Notes under the pieces: model-generated
What the model was told of the DNA's origin: nothing
Databases searched by the model: none
The model's input: the letters and a program-made list of their open reading frames with translations, nothing else
Position numbers and translations under genes: made by a program
Part shown: in pieces, positions 38,872-52,414 of the stretch
How positions within the stretch are numbered: position 1 is the stretch's first letter
Layout: every line of letters begins with the position of its first letter
NCBI RefSeq assembly: GCF_006345805.1
Contig: NC_043003.1
Span: 52,948,001 to 53,012,000 of the forward strand
DNA length: 64,000 nt
Direction of reading: 5' to 3'
DNA from: Octopus sinensis
Taxonomy: Eukaryota

Positions 38872-40917
38872 TATGATATGTAGAAAATTACAAACTGAGA
38901 CAAGAACGCATAAGAACTTAGAAGACGATACAACAAACACAGACAGGACATTCGAAGCCCTCAGTCTTCAGTCAAGAACCGGATCATCGTAGTAATTCGG
39001 CTGATATATATATATACACAAATACACACACACATATATACATATATATATACAGAGAGAGAAAGAGAGAGTTCTTAGTAAGGGATTACCATTCTGGGCA
39101 AAATACTTTATAATGACCAATCATTTATGCCTTGTGTTATATATACACACACATACATATATATGTATGTATGTATTTATGTATGTATGTATGTATGTAT
39201 GTATGTATGTATGTATGTATGTATGTATGTGTGTATGTATGTATGTATGTATTCCGTCTAGACATGAAAATGTGTTGTTAATATACATATATACTGATAT
39301 TGGCTAATTGACTAAATATTTATCAACTAGGGGCCCTTGTATAATAATACTTCTCAGTATTGTTGATGCTCTTTTATTTATTTTCCCTTATTCTATTTAT
39401 TTATTTATTTATTTATTTATTTATTTTGACCAACAACAATTATTCGACCCTTGACTGGTTGATTTTGTTTCTCTGCAGATATTCTTCGCTGACCATTGAA
39501 TTGCCTTTTAAATGTAATTGCATTCATAGTTATTTTACGGTCCGTTAGACTCACAGCAATAATGTATCCTTTCCACCTCCTTCTTTTTCCGCATCACTAG
39601 CTTACGAGTGTTTTCTCATTAATCTTCATTTACTCTTCATAAATCTCCCCTTAAAACGATGCAAATATTCCAAGAAGACATCTCTTCCTCCCTTTTCTTC
39701 TGTCAATTGAGAAGCTCAATTTATCTTTTCAGTTTTTTTCTTTCCTTTATTTTTTTTTGTTTCACCCTTACCTCCTTAAAACTTATTCTTTTTTCATCTT
39801 GTAACAATTTTTTTTTTAATCCTTTTCATCTTGTAACATTAAATTCCCCTTCAGTTTAGTCATTTCCTAATAGTAAACTTCTCACACAAACTACCTTTTC
39901 AACTCGGCTATCTTATGCTGCTTATCAATGTATTTAGCTTTTTCACTCTCACCACTTATAATCTTTAATAGCGGCCACTCAAGCTCCTTCAGTAACATAA
40001 GCTTCACTGCACACTATCACAGACAGGTTGTTATTGTTATCGTTGTCATCTGACAGTTATTGCGGAACTTCAGCCAGCTTGGGTATTGAGACGGAGTGCA
40101 AAGAGCGAACAAGAACGACAAGAGGGTAGTGGGAGATTAAATAGAAAGCGTGGTGGTAAGTGAGAGAAGATAAAGTAGATGTCGATTTATTTATTATGAG
40201 CGGAGAAGTTAAGTAGGTGGGGCTTGCGATAAATTTGCGATATGTAGATATGTAAACGCGTACTTACGCGCACTTTTTGTGTCTTATTCTACGCTTCTTT
40301 AAATGTTTTATGATACATGCATACATAGAATGAGGGTGCTACTAGTTTTTTTAACATGTATCCATCAACAATGTCTAAATGGGTTGATATTATTATAAAA
40401 GAGTGTGGAGTAGATTTAAACAAGGCGAAAAAGAATAGAACAAAAGCAAAAGAAATGCTAATCTATTTTTCATTATGATTATCAAATTATTGAGAACGGA
40501 AAAAAGAATTGTGCGTCTTTTTCTAGATGAATAAGCAAACAATAAACATACGAGTTTAAACAAAGAATAGGCAGAAAAAAGGCAACCTGAAATTTAGGAA
40601 GCGAACGAAGAGGGGATTAAGGATTTCTTTTTCTCGTTTGTATTCTAGTGTCATTGCGAGGGCCTCCCTTTCTTAATACGGTTTTTATTGAGTATACAAA
40701 ATGTTATCTCTCTTATATATTCTACAAGTCTTTATAATCCCATTAATGTTACACACACATTGTTGATATACACGCTAGATAATAAAATGGAAAGTGCGAA
40801 TATTGATTTAAAAATAAATGTGCTTTATCTGCGGATGGAAATTAATTCATAGAAATAAAATGAATTATTTCTTCATTTACTGAGCATAATTTGCTTGACT
40901 TTTAACAAGCAACATTC

Positions 40918-40996
<79 letters not shown>

Positions 40997-41481
40997 ACAC
41001 ATATGTATACAAACATATATATATATAATGTATTTGTGTATGTATATATAAACATAGATGTTGCGCATGTATATGAATGCGTATGTTTCAAAATATAACT
41101 TATTTAAATGCTTAAAATAATAGACTTGTTATTTTCGCAAAAAACCCTTAGTTTCTAGTTAAGGGTTTTCACACGTTATATTCTCTTTTCATCTGAATGA
41201 GTAATAATTATACTGTAGCATAAGTTCAGTCAATTATACCAACCAAAATATTTAATCATCATCGTATAGATGAGGAACTAAATAGTAAGAAAAATATGTC
41301 AGAACTCTATATGCAGTTACATGCAAAAATTATACACTGCTCTTAAAGCTTAAGTTTATTATAAAAAGTATTACAAAATTATATCGATTTATAGTGATGA
41401 TGTTTTCTTTCTGATATAATTTTTGTTTATAATCCAATATAAAACAGCATATTATATCTATATGTATTTTCTATTTTATAG

Positions 41482-41927
41482 GTAGCAAGTCTTCAGTGGA
41501 TGATCTGCAGAGTAGTAAGCGGATACGAACAGCATTTACTAGTAGGCAATTACTCGAACTTGAACGGGAATTCGCCGCTAATATGTATTTATCTAGACTA
41601 CGGCGTATTGAAATTGCTACATACTTAAATCTTTCTGAGAAACAAGTGAAGATCTGGTTTCAGAACAGACGTGTCAAATACAAAAAAGAAGGCACTGACG
41701 AATCACGAGAGAAATGTCGATGTCTGCGAACATGTACACCTCGAAACAGCTCCGAAAGGAAGAAGGCAAACGGTGATTTGATCGGTGAAAATAATGGCGA
41801 TATAGTTTGTAATAAAATTGCCAGAATAGACAATGGTTCCTCTGACGAAGGGGACTCTTATCACATCGAGATATCCGATGACATACACCACTGTGAATCA
41901 CCTTCAAGAAACTCTCCAAATACTTAA
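41482..41927 (+). CDS. Gsx: Gsx homeobox exon (last coding exon)
   Basis: Acceptor TTTTATAG ends at 41481 and phase 1 restores the frame. Homeodomain 41514-41693: [60 protein letters not shown], with the Gsx-diagnostic [19 protein letters not shown] CxC motif follows the homeodomain as in GSX2. TAA at 41925-41927. The predicted protein is 330 aa with exon 2 and 307 aa without. Confidence 0.96.
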
Positions 41928-42980
41928 CTGTGTGTCGAACAAGATTCTAGAATGTGCGTAAAAGTCTGAATGTGTATGTGTGTGAAAGACAAAGAAAAAG
42001 CGGAAGAAGACAGCGAACGAGCGAAAGAAAGATGAAGAGGAAAACAGAGAAGAAAAGAAAATGTTAGCTGCAATCATTTCTCGAGAAAAACTATTATAAT
42101 CATTTATCTTCTTTCACAATACACCGAAACTGTAACAGGGTTTTATCTGGATAAGAAAATCCTCAATGAATATGGTTTATACTGATTCTTTAAACGTGTA
42201 TCTTATCCTAGAAGTATCAATGCCATTCCACTTCTTTTCAAAAATTGTGGAAAAGAGAAAATATCAAAAAATCCTGTCATCAACGACACGTTTTACACAA
42301 TTTGTTCAACATTCGTCGATCACTAACTTGTTAATAAGGTTCTTTCTTTGCAAATTCACAAAATTTTGTATGAAATATTTTTTTAGAGTAAACTTCGTTA
42401 TATTATATACTTTGGTCTGGAACTAAGTCAGGCCAAAGTAGTATAACATAATTTCTTGAAGAAACATTTCTCCTAAAAATGAACATATTTAATATATTTA
42501 TTTATTTCCTGCATTAAGATATGAATAATTTTAATGTAGTTTCAACTGTTACTTAAAACTGGAAAAGAAGCTCATTTATTTTCCATTATCGGAAGTGAAC
42601 GAATTTTCCATTTCTAAGAACTAATTCTATCCTTAGAAAGAAAGAAAAAACAAAAAAAAAGCACTTTCATGTTTCTAGGGAATTTCCTACATGGTTGTTC
42701 AGTTTGCATCCAAATCTGTCTTAAACCATCCTCCCCCCCACACCTGCCCTGTATTCTTGGGAAAGAAAGTCACATTGGATAGTGTGATTCAAGATTGCCC
42801 CCCACAGTATATCTGAATAAAAGACGGGTTGATCACAGCAGCTGAACACGTCGTTCATCGTAAGTCTGCGACGATTCGAACTGATATGAAGCTAAACATC
42901 AACAACAATGGCCGCCATGTTTCATAAATTCATCGAATTTTATTGGTTATGTATTATAACAATATATTTCTTCAATATAA

Positions 42981-42986
42981 AATAAA
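42981..42986 (+). terminator. Candidate Gsx polyadenylation signal (alternative AATAAA at 42816)
   Basis: AATAAA about 1.05 kb after the stop codon, followed by GT/T-rich sequence. AATAAA is common in DNA this AT-rich. Confidence 0.25.
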
Positions 42987-43405
42987 ATACGTGTGCAATA
43001 ATTGATATTTCTTATCTTGAAGAATAAGAATTGCAGTTAAAACATTCTACTCATTCCCTCTTGTATCACAAAACATGCAGTGACAAACATGGATCGTGTT
43101 CTTATTAAAACTTTATTTTTACTTTTTATTATTTATTTTAATTTATATATATATATAAAAAGATGCTGGGTAAAAAAAAATTCCCAGATATAGGGGTTCC
43201 AAAATTGTTATTTTTTTTATGATTATCTAAAAAAAAAGATTCTAAAAATTTGAATAAAATGGTTCAAGCATGTAATCATTCGAAAAATCAATGTGTGTGT
43301 GTGTGTGTGTGAGTGTTTGTGTTTGTGTGTGTGTGTGTAATGTATATACTCACAAGGGAGCGCAAACACACATATATATAATTGTATATGTGTGCATATG
43401 TATAA

Positions 43406-43441
<36 letters not shown>

Positions 43442-43620
43442 GCATATAAATATCAAGTTTTCACCAAAGGTGGTTTGTTAAATTCCTAGCGGTGAAACTC
43501 CGAGATTACTGTCACCTAAAGAAAAATACTACATTTGTATTGTGTCCTCTTTTCTTCTTTTGCACCAATTTCGTACATCACTATAAAATATACATATATG
43601 CGTACATATACGCGCATATA

Positions 43621-43665
<45 letters not shown>

Positions 43666-43846
43666 GTATGAAACAAGTGGGGATGTGCGTTTATGTATGT
43701 GAATATACGTTTATGTGTGCATAGATTACTTATTCAGGAATATATTAAATTTCCAAAATATATTTATAGTCTCGTCTCCCTATCTCACTCTACATAGAGC
43801 AAATTTTTAATTCGCTCCTATCAGCTTTGGATCTATCTATCTATCT

Positions 43847-43916
<70 letters not shown>

Positions 43917-45210
43917 ATCTATGCATACATACATGTATGTACGTATATATATATATATATATATATATATACGCACACGTATATATGATTATATATAGCT
44001 ACACAAGATTATGTATGTGTGTATGTATGTATGTATGTATGTATGTATGTATGTATGTATGTATGTATGCATGCATGCATGTATGTATGCATGCATGTAT
44101 GTATGTATGTATGTATGTATGTATCTGTTTGGCATTAACTATCGGCTAAAAGTGTACACAATACCATGGCAAAGATTAATGATATTTTTATCTTGGTCGA
44201 GTCATCTCCTTACTACTCTGAGTTTCACCTGTCGGCACGTAGGGTCTTGTCTGAAGATCATGTGTGCCTACAGGTGAAGCTCAAAGTAGCAAAAATAGAG
44301 AAGTAACTTTTCTGTGACCCCTTTATTTAAGAGTAAAATTGCCTGACATTTTACGAGAAATTACTGTGATTTTCCAAATATTTGGTTGAAGCTAGTTTAA
44401 TTTTTCAATGCTTTTATAACTACGGCACATCAACCTTCTACAATTTTTTTTAATTGACTTGCTATTTGAAAGCTTTTTTTTTTTAGCATTCATTATTGGT
44501 GCGAACATTATGTGATAGTTCACTCATGTTTCAAGACAAAATAAAAACAAAATGAAACCAAGTATTAAAAAAATAATAAATGAAAACATTATTTTATTTT
44601 TGATTAATTAATATTGAAAAATCTTGAAATCACCCCACACGTCTTCAATTATTTATTTCTCTGTGACGTGGAGATATTCATTAATAAATCATTAAAAAAA
44701 AAGTTATGTTTTGTTATTAGTTATTCATTTTCTGGTGATATTCATGTTCACATTTGCGTTGTATTATTTTCATTGTTGCAAATATACAAATATACAGGAT
44801 GATTTAAAAGGGCATGTGTACCGTATTTGTTTTCGTCACCCTCCTTTACGTTTGGTCACTATTCCCAGCAGCTTTTGGCTGTTGGCGCCACCAAAATGAA
44901 CAATATTGTTAAAGGAGTGAAACTGTTATGATTTTTAGACGACAACTGATGAAGAGAATGTTCTTTATGTTGCATGTCTCGTGTCTCTGTTTTTTTTCGT
45001 TGTTCGGAAAAAAGTTCGTTTTCTATGTTTTTGTTTTTATGTTCTCGCTTCTCATTTTGCCAACGTTTTTTCTTTTTTGATGTCCACATATGCATGTATA
45101 TATACATATATATGTAGGTATGTACATATATGTATGTATATATGCATATATTTATATATTATTTATATTATAATAATATATATATATATATAGGTAGATA
45201 TATTGATATA

Positions 45211-45260
<50 letters not shown>

Positions 45261-46705
45261 CAATTTAATAAATAAAACATATGCATGCATACATACATAT
45301 ATGTACATACCTACATCTATATGTATATATACATGCATATATGAGTACAGGACACCCCAAATAAACGTAGAACACAACGAGAAACGAAAACATAAAAACA
45401 AAACAAGGAAATGGACTTTTTTTTAACAACGAAAAAACAGAGTACAAGACAAACAACAGAGGGAACATTCCTCTTCTTCAGCTGCCCGTTTCGACTCATT
45501 GCGTGTTTCATATATACATACATATATATATATATTTATTTTATTTATTTTATCTAGTTTCAGCTCACGAGCTGTGACCATGCTGGGGCAATATATACAT
45601 GTACATACACACGCTCACACTCACAAATGTAAAAACTAAAAAATGTACATGATACAGCTTATATTAGTTGTCCTTACGTACGTTTCACCATTGTGACTCA
45701 TTGCATTTTCTGCAGTGGGTGTTCAAACTGCAATTGCTTGTTGAAATCGAATTGCTCATCAGGGAAACACTTTACTGGATTTATGCACAGTTGTAACAAC
45801 GGCATTATACTGGAAGTAGACTCTACTCTATACTCTACGTGGAACTCTAAACTCAACAATAGTAATCGTACATTTAACTGTGCCCACAGAAAATTGTATA
45901 CATCTGTATGAGTGTGTGTGTGTGTGTATAAATACATACACATACACACATATATTCACATATATGTATATGTAAATGTATACACGCACTCACACGCACA
46001 CGCACACACACAAATATATATATATATATATATATATACCGTACTTGATCAGAAGATGGCGTAATCGCGTTTTGTTTCAGCTGGAGTAGATGCCCCTTTC
46101 GATCAAGGGTGGGCGAGCGATAAACAGTCATAATGCCCGGTCTGGGAATCGAAACCGCGATCTTACGACCGCGAGTCCGCTGCCCTAACCACTAGGCCGT
46201 TGCGCCTCCATATCGGGCGTCGTTGGCAAGAGAACAAGTTGAGCATACGTCCGTTATGTACGATAATTGTCACTGATAGCAAAATATTAAAAATCAGTCA
46301 AAATATTTACAGCCTGTTAGCACAAACTTACGAAAAATTGATTACGGTACATCGGCAGGTATGTGGAGTATTATGGCGGATTAACACCCATCGAGGCTCT
46401 ACACACGTAATTCAAAATATAAACAATTATAAATCATAAAATAAATTTTTAATTTTCAAAATGAAATAAAACTAACAGTAAAATGGAAAATAATGTCTAT
46501 TTTTGTATATTTCCACTTTGTTTGTCTTTGAAATGTTTTCTATCTTCTTTTAGTTGCAAAGTCTTTGTTTGATCTGATCCTTACTATGACATCATGAGAA
46601 CTTTAAGGAAGTTATTTTTAACCTAAAATTTATATTTCTTGATATCACCCCAACCAAAATTAATTATAAATAAATCATATATAAACAAAGTAACAATATA
46701 TATAG

Positions 46706-46915
46706 TTAATCCAAACATGAAAACACAAAGAGAAAACACAACAACGTGAGGACGTGCAACAAGTATAGTGTTATTGGACGCTCAGGAAAGGAAAGAAAGA
46801 AGGAGGACTTAACGTTTCGAGCAAAGCTCTTCGTAAGAAACATAGGAAAAGGAAAGATCCAAGGAAGGGAAGACGGAGGAAAAAAATCGCCAACGGTACG
46901 CATGCGGTCACATAT
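46706..46915 (-). mobile_element. Second copy of the 215-bp hammerhead-like repeat
   Basis: Homologous to 16405-16620 along its length. Confidence 0.75.
46807..46841 (-). ncRNA. Hammerhead-like motif, second copy
   Basis: GTTT CTTACGA A GAGC TTT GCTC GAA ACGT T AAGT. Combined with the 16480 copy, the implied ancestral core is CTGACGA. Confidence 0.5.
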
Positions 46916-46926
46916 ATATACATATA

Positions 46927-47310
46927 GGCACAGGAGTGGCTGTGTGGTAAGTAGCTTGTTTTCCAGCCACATGGTTCCGGATTCAGTCCCACTGCGTGAT
47001 ACCTTGGGCAAGTGTCTTTTACTATAGCCTCGAGTTGACCAGAGCCTTGCGAGTGGATTTGGTATACGGAAAATGAAAGAAGCTCGTTGTATATATGTAT
47101 ATATATATGTGTGTGTGTGTGTTTGTGTGTCAGTGTCCCCCCTCCCAACATCGATTGACAACCGATGCTGGTGTGTCTACATCCCCGTAACTTAGTGGTT
47201 CGGCAAAAGAGACCGATAGAATAAGTACTAGGCTTACGAAGAATAAGTATTAGGCTTACAAGAATAAGTCCTAGGGTCAAATGACTGAAATAAGTAAAAG
47301 AGTAAAGAGA
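46927..47310 (+). mobile_element. SINE family 2 with internal 22-bp duplication and deletion near the tail
   Basis: Head CAGGAGTGGCTGTGTGGTAAG. AATAAGTA.TAGGCTTAC is repeated at about 47220-47265. Confidence 0.88.
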
Positions 47311-48898
47311 GAGAGTATATATATACTAACAATTTAAATAATAATATACTCAATAGGGTCTTTTCGTCCCTTTAAACCATTTAAGATTTCTCACTATAAA
47401 AATTAATTTCTAATAAATAAAATTGAGACTGTATTGTTTTCACCAAACCATTCGTTCTAGCCCCAATTTTTAGAGCAAATTATATTTCCGATCATATAAA
47501 CTGCTTCGAATATTATTTTAGCATGGTTAAAGTGATTTCTTTTGTGTCGTAAACCATTTACTATTTCTGTGTTGCCCCCCCCCCCCGCCCCATCCCATGT
47601 CCTCATGCCCTGAACACGTGCTTATCTTGCTTAATGGTTATTAATCCAGTGCTATGAAGAGGACACCATCATTTCATTATACCATCTTTTCCAGCATACA
47701 TAACCCACATGTGATCTGCCTTGGATTATTTAATAACATTGTACACTTAAAGACGCATGGCTTGGTGGTTAGAGTGTCGGGCTCACAATTATGAAGTAGT
47801 AAATTCGATTCCTGGACCGGACTGAGTGTTGTGTTCTTGAGCAAGGCACATTATTTCATGCTTCTCCAGTTCACTCAGCTATAGAAAGGAGTTGCGACAT
47901 TACTGATGCTGAGCTGAATCGGCCTTTTCATTTCCTTTTTCTAATGCTTTTTCTAATGTAACTGATCAAAGGAGCTGGTTGGACTCATACCACTTCTACT
48001 CAGGCATTTCTGACCAGCTCACTCTCTTGCTTATAACACTCATGTTGTGTTCAGTTTCAATCACCACTCCCAGTTCTTCTGTTCATTCAGGTGTTTCTTT
48101 CAAAGGTTCAAGAAGAACAGTAATAGCATCACTCTTACTTGTCCAGGTCGGATTAAGAAGGCACTGGGCGCTACCTCTTTCTCCAGGCCTAACAAGTAAC
48201 CCCATTTCGCCTAAACAAGCATTATCACCCTGAATGAGACTTTAGTCTCTATTTTAACTGATTTCACAAAACTTTTTATGCGTGGAGTTCAACTGATACC
48301 TGCGAGTAGCAGAGAATATGTCAATCATGATCATGCCTTGTTTCATATCAGCTTCGTGGAAGAAAACAGTTGTTCATATCTGTACGTTGTTCCGAAATAT
48401 ATAGATGTAAATTTGGGCAAATTGTCTTCGTTTAAAAAAATGTTTATGAGATGAAGAACGTCAAGATTTAAACATGCGAAAACCATTTGAACTGAGAGAA
48501 GCTTGTTAAACATCATTTTCAATAATAAGTCTGTAGTTCCATTTCTATCTTTTATGTTTCACTTGCTTCTGTCACTGGAAGGTTTAGTCACGCAAATGGA
48601 CTGGTACTTATTCGAGCAGTCACTTTTGCAGGAACACTATGTCACGGGGGATTTAACAAGCCAGCACCGTTTGTCAAGCGGCTGGTGGGCACAAGCGCAA
48701 AAGCACACATACATGTATACAACAGACTCCCATAAAGTTTCCATCGAGCCGATTCACTCACAAAATATTGGTCGGAACGAGGCTATAGTAGAAGACACTT
48801 GCCCAATGTGCTGTGAAGTGGGATCATGTGGTTGAAAAGCGAGCTGCTTAACCACACAGCCATGTGTTCGCCCAAAGGAATCAGATATACATGTATTT

Positions 48899-49243
48899 GA
48901 AGGCGCATGGCTCAGTGGTTAGAGCGTCGAGCTTACAATCGTGAGGTTGTGAGCTCGAATCCCGGACCGGGCTGCGTGTTGTGTTCTTGAGCAAGACACT
49001 TTATTTCACGTTGCTCCAGTTCACTCAGCTGTAGAAATGAGTTGCGATGTCACAGGTGCCAAGCTGTATCGACCTTTGTCTTTCCCTTGGATAACACTGG
49101 TGGCGTGGAGAGGGGAGGCCGGTATGCATGGGCGACTACTGGTCTTCCATAAAACAACCTTGCCCAGACTTGTGCCTCAGAGGGTAACTCTCTAGGTGCA
49201 AAACCCATGGTCACTCATGACCGAAGGGGGTCTTTACCCTTTA
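48899..49243 (+). mobile_element. tRNA-derived SINE family 3 (TTGAGCAAGACACTTTATTTCACGTTGCTCCAG core)
   Basis: tRNA-like head GGCGCATGGCTCAGTGGTTAGAG..GAATCCCGG followed directly by the shared core. Related copies lie at 4318-4620 (+), 15350-15600 (+), 19080-19395 (-), 22045-22345 (-) and 47750-47940 (+), some with a different 3' half. Confidence 0.85.
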
Positions 49244-49608
49244 TATGTATCAGTTAAAGGTTTTTTAAATTTGCCCGGGTGAAGATCAAACTCACGACCA
49301 ACAGATATCTCTTGAGTAACATGTAATATATGCGACTGGTACACTGCCTACTACGTTACCGGGGGATTACCGGGCGTTTTCTTTTTTTTATTCGGTAAGT
49401 GATGTTTGGTTTATAAATGCGATTATATTCTCCTTCTTTAGAAAAATCAGTTTTATTTCATCTTGAATGCATTGAAATTATTCAGTAAGCTCAGATTTAG
49501 GAGACCGGGTGCAACAACTAAAACTTCTATATCAAATAGCCAGTTATGACCTAATAAAAGGCTCTTTCTTCTAAAAAATTATGAAGAGTAATTTTTGACT
49601 TTAAATCA

Positions 49609-49892
49609 ATGGCCGCAGTCAAATGCCTGAACCAAGGAAAAGGGTAAAGAGTAAAGAGTATATATGAAGTGACAAATCTCAGTCGATGATCAGTAAAGCT
49701 GTAACTTTAAAGTCTTTCCACAAAATACTTGAGGCATACTGCAATGATATTTTACTACAGGACAATCTAAAATGCTTCCAAGGAATATTGAAATCCCAAC
49801 AGCTTTACTGACCATCGACTGAGATTCGTCACTTCACATATACTCTTTACTCTTTACCCTTTTCCTTGGTTCAGTCATTTGACTGCGGCCAT
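49609..49892. repeat. Inverted duplication: 94-bp arms, 96-bp spacer
   Basis: 49609-49702 versus the reverse complement of 49799-49892 shows 4 mismatches. Confidence 0.95.
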
Positions 49893-50056
49893 GCTGGAGC
49901 ACCGCCTTTAATCGAGCAAATCGACCCCAGGACTTATTCTTTGTAAGCCTTGTACTTATTCTATCGGTCTCTTTTGCCTAACTGTTACGGAGACGTAAAC
50001 ACACCAGCATTGGCTGTCAAGCGATGTTGGGGGGACAAACACAGACACACAAACAT

Positions 50057-50089
<33 letters not shown>

Positions 50090-50250
50090 CATATATACGA
50101 CGGGCTTCTTTCAGTTTCCGTCTACGAACACTCACAAGGCTTTGGTCGGCCCGATGCTATAGTAGAAGACACTTGCTCAAGGTGCCACGCAGTGGGACTG
50201 AACCAGGAACCATGTGGTTCGTAAGCAAGCTACTTACCACACAGCCACTC
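49841..50250 (-). mobile_element. SINE family 2, full length
   Basis: Complete head-to-tail homology. Its tail takes part in the inverted duplication at 49609-49892. Confidence 0.9.
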
Positions 50251-50544
50251 TTGCATATTGTTGCAGTTACTGAAATTTATTTCGAGATTTTCCCAGCACA
50301 AATTTACTTTGTCAAATATATCTGCTTTTCTTTTTCTGAGAATCGATTCAAGACCGATAAGATCAATAAAGACGCAAAAATTTTACTTAAAATTATAAAA
50401 ACCTATTATAAAAATACAAAACTGGACTATTCCGTGTATGTTGGGAGATTCGTCCCAAACTACAAAAACATTAAGCACAAACATGGAAAAGACTTCAGTT
50501 ACTGAAAACCGTCACGTGATAATTCTTCGGTTCATCTCAATTAT

Positions 50545-50897
50545 TTCTACTCTAGGCACAAGTCCTTGGAAATTTTGGCGGGGAGGTACTTATTTTATCG
50601 ATCCTGAAAGGTAAAGTCGACGTCGGCGGAATTTGAACTCAGTACGTAGCGGCAGACGAAATACCTCTTTCTTTACTGCCCACAAGGGGCTAAACACAGA
50701 GGGAACAAACAAGGACAGACAAACGGATTAAGTCGATTATATCGACCTCAGTGCGTAACTGGTACTTATTTAATCGACCCCGAAAGAATGAAAGGCAAAG
50801 TCGAACTCGGTAGAATTTGAACTCAGAACGTAGCGGCAGACGAAATACCGCTAAGAATTTCGTCCGGCTTGCTAACGGTTCTGTCAGCTCGCCGCCC
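50545..50897 (-). mobile_element. SINE family 1 dimer (tail-A unit followed by tail-B unit)
   Basis: Junction GAAATAC|CTCTTTC at 50664/50665. Confidence 0.85.
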
Positions 50898-52414
50898 TCG
50901 GTTCGTCTCATAATTGACAAAGTAATTTCTTGTGCTTTTTCTTCCAATATTTTTTTATCTCCATGACAACGAGCAAATAGTCAGAGACAAAGATTAATCA
51001 TTTTTTTTTTCAACAGAGGGGAAACTTACTTCGCCAAAATTTTAAATTTACTGTCAACAAATACATTTAGTCTTTTTTTTAAATCTTCCATTTTCTCAAT
51101 TACATTTTCTTTCTCTCATTCAAACCAAAGCAATGGTTTCAGTTTACCTTTTTATATCAGTCCGATCTTGTGTTAAAATCACGTTTTTGGAATATGTGAG
51201 ATACTATTTCCAAACAAACAATGCACAACCGCTTTCTGAAAGGATTCCCTATAAATAAGAATTCATTTTCTCACTGTTTACTGAATCCACATTTACTATC
51301 AATTACTGCTTTCTTTTCTTAATTTAATTTTAAAACTGCGATTGTAAAGAGAAAACGAAGATTAATGTTTGAAAAACTACAAACCTGCAAAATATTAAAA
51401 AAAATATTACGAATAAAGCACAATTCTGTAACTGAGGAATGCCAGCTGTAGAGTAACTGGCAAAAAGCTGCGATGGACCAGCACGTGTCAAATGTGCATT
51501 GAACAATTATGAAAGAGTGCGCCGTGTGTCATTGCAACCCATCCGGTGCATATCATTTGCAGCATGCACCATTCGTCACCTCTGCTCTTCGTGACCATTA
51601 AAACTACTAAAAATACCAGCCAAATTGCCATTAAATTACAACCTAAAAATGACACCTTTCGATAATATCTTTAAATAATGTAATATTAGATATATGGAAA
51701 CTAAAAAGGAAAGACTTGATGTCCATGGCAAGAACGCCTCAATCAAAGCCAGTCTGAGGCGAAACACAAAACCATATACGTCGGAGGTATTGCTTATCTC
51801 TGCTATTATTCAACGAGAATAGAATTCTCGTTGAATAATATAATTATAAGAGCCTTTGTAACATGTAGTACTGATTTCGAGTCCTTCGGGCCGAAAGAAC
51901 CTAACGTAAGGCTGCATAACCTAAGTCTCAGAGAATATTCTTCAGTTGTCTCATTTTGGTTTGTCGCAGACCATATTCTGTCTGAGTGTGTGTGTTGATG
52001 GCTGGTATAATTCTGCTTACGTTTTTAGAGTCTTGATAATCAACACTTCGTTTTTGCTAAACCTTCCATGATTACTAGAGTTATCTTTGGCTCTTGAGGC
52101 AATAAAGGCTCATAATACAAGAATAGGACCATTTTATGAAACTGGCGCAACTGCAGAAACTAGTGACAATGTATGTGGCTAAATAAAGCTTAGTGGAACA
52201 TATTCTACGCCGTGAGAGTGTAGAAGAAAATCTTAACGTTTCGAACAGGATCCCACGTCATATCCCTAGTGTTTCTCTTTACATAATATATCTAACACTT
52301 AACCTCTATTTGCAAGAGAAGTAAGAGACAGCAAAACCATACGGGAACTAACAGGCAACTCGGTAACAGAGACTAGAATAAATTAATAGTGTTATCACAC
52401 ATATACAGTGATAT

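Noticed and set aside
41674-41919. Antisense ORFs over the homeobox exon
   Set aside because: They are shadows of the Gsx coding strand, with no recognisable motifs.
41486-41927. Alternative acceptor TAG at 41483-41485
   Set aside because: It shifts the frame relative to the phase-1 upstream exons and loses the homeodomain.
46135-46210. tRNA-like sequence with A and B boxes (also 48899-48975 and 47750-47820)
   Set aside because: These are SINE heads. They match SINE families elsewhere in the window and do not give a clean cloverleaf.
51874-51915. CTGATTTCGA GTCC TTCG GGCC GAAAG, a hammerhead look-alike with a UUCG loop
   Set aside because: The core has three extra nucleotides, helix II has a mismatch, the position equivalent to 17 is G, and helix I is not evident.
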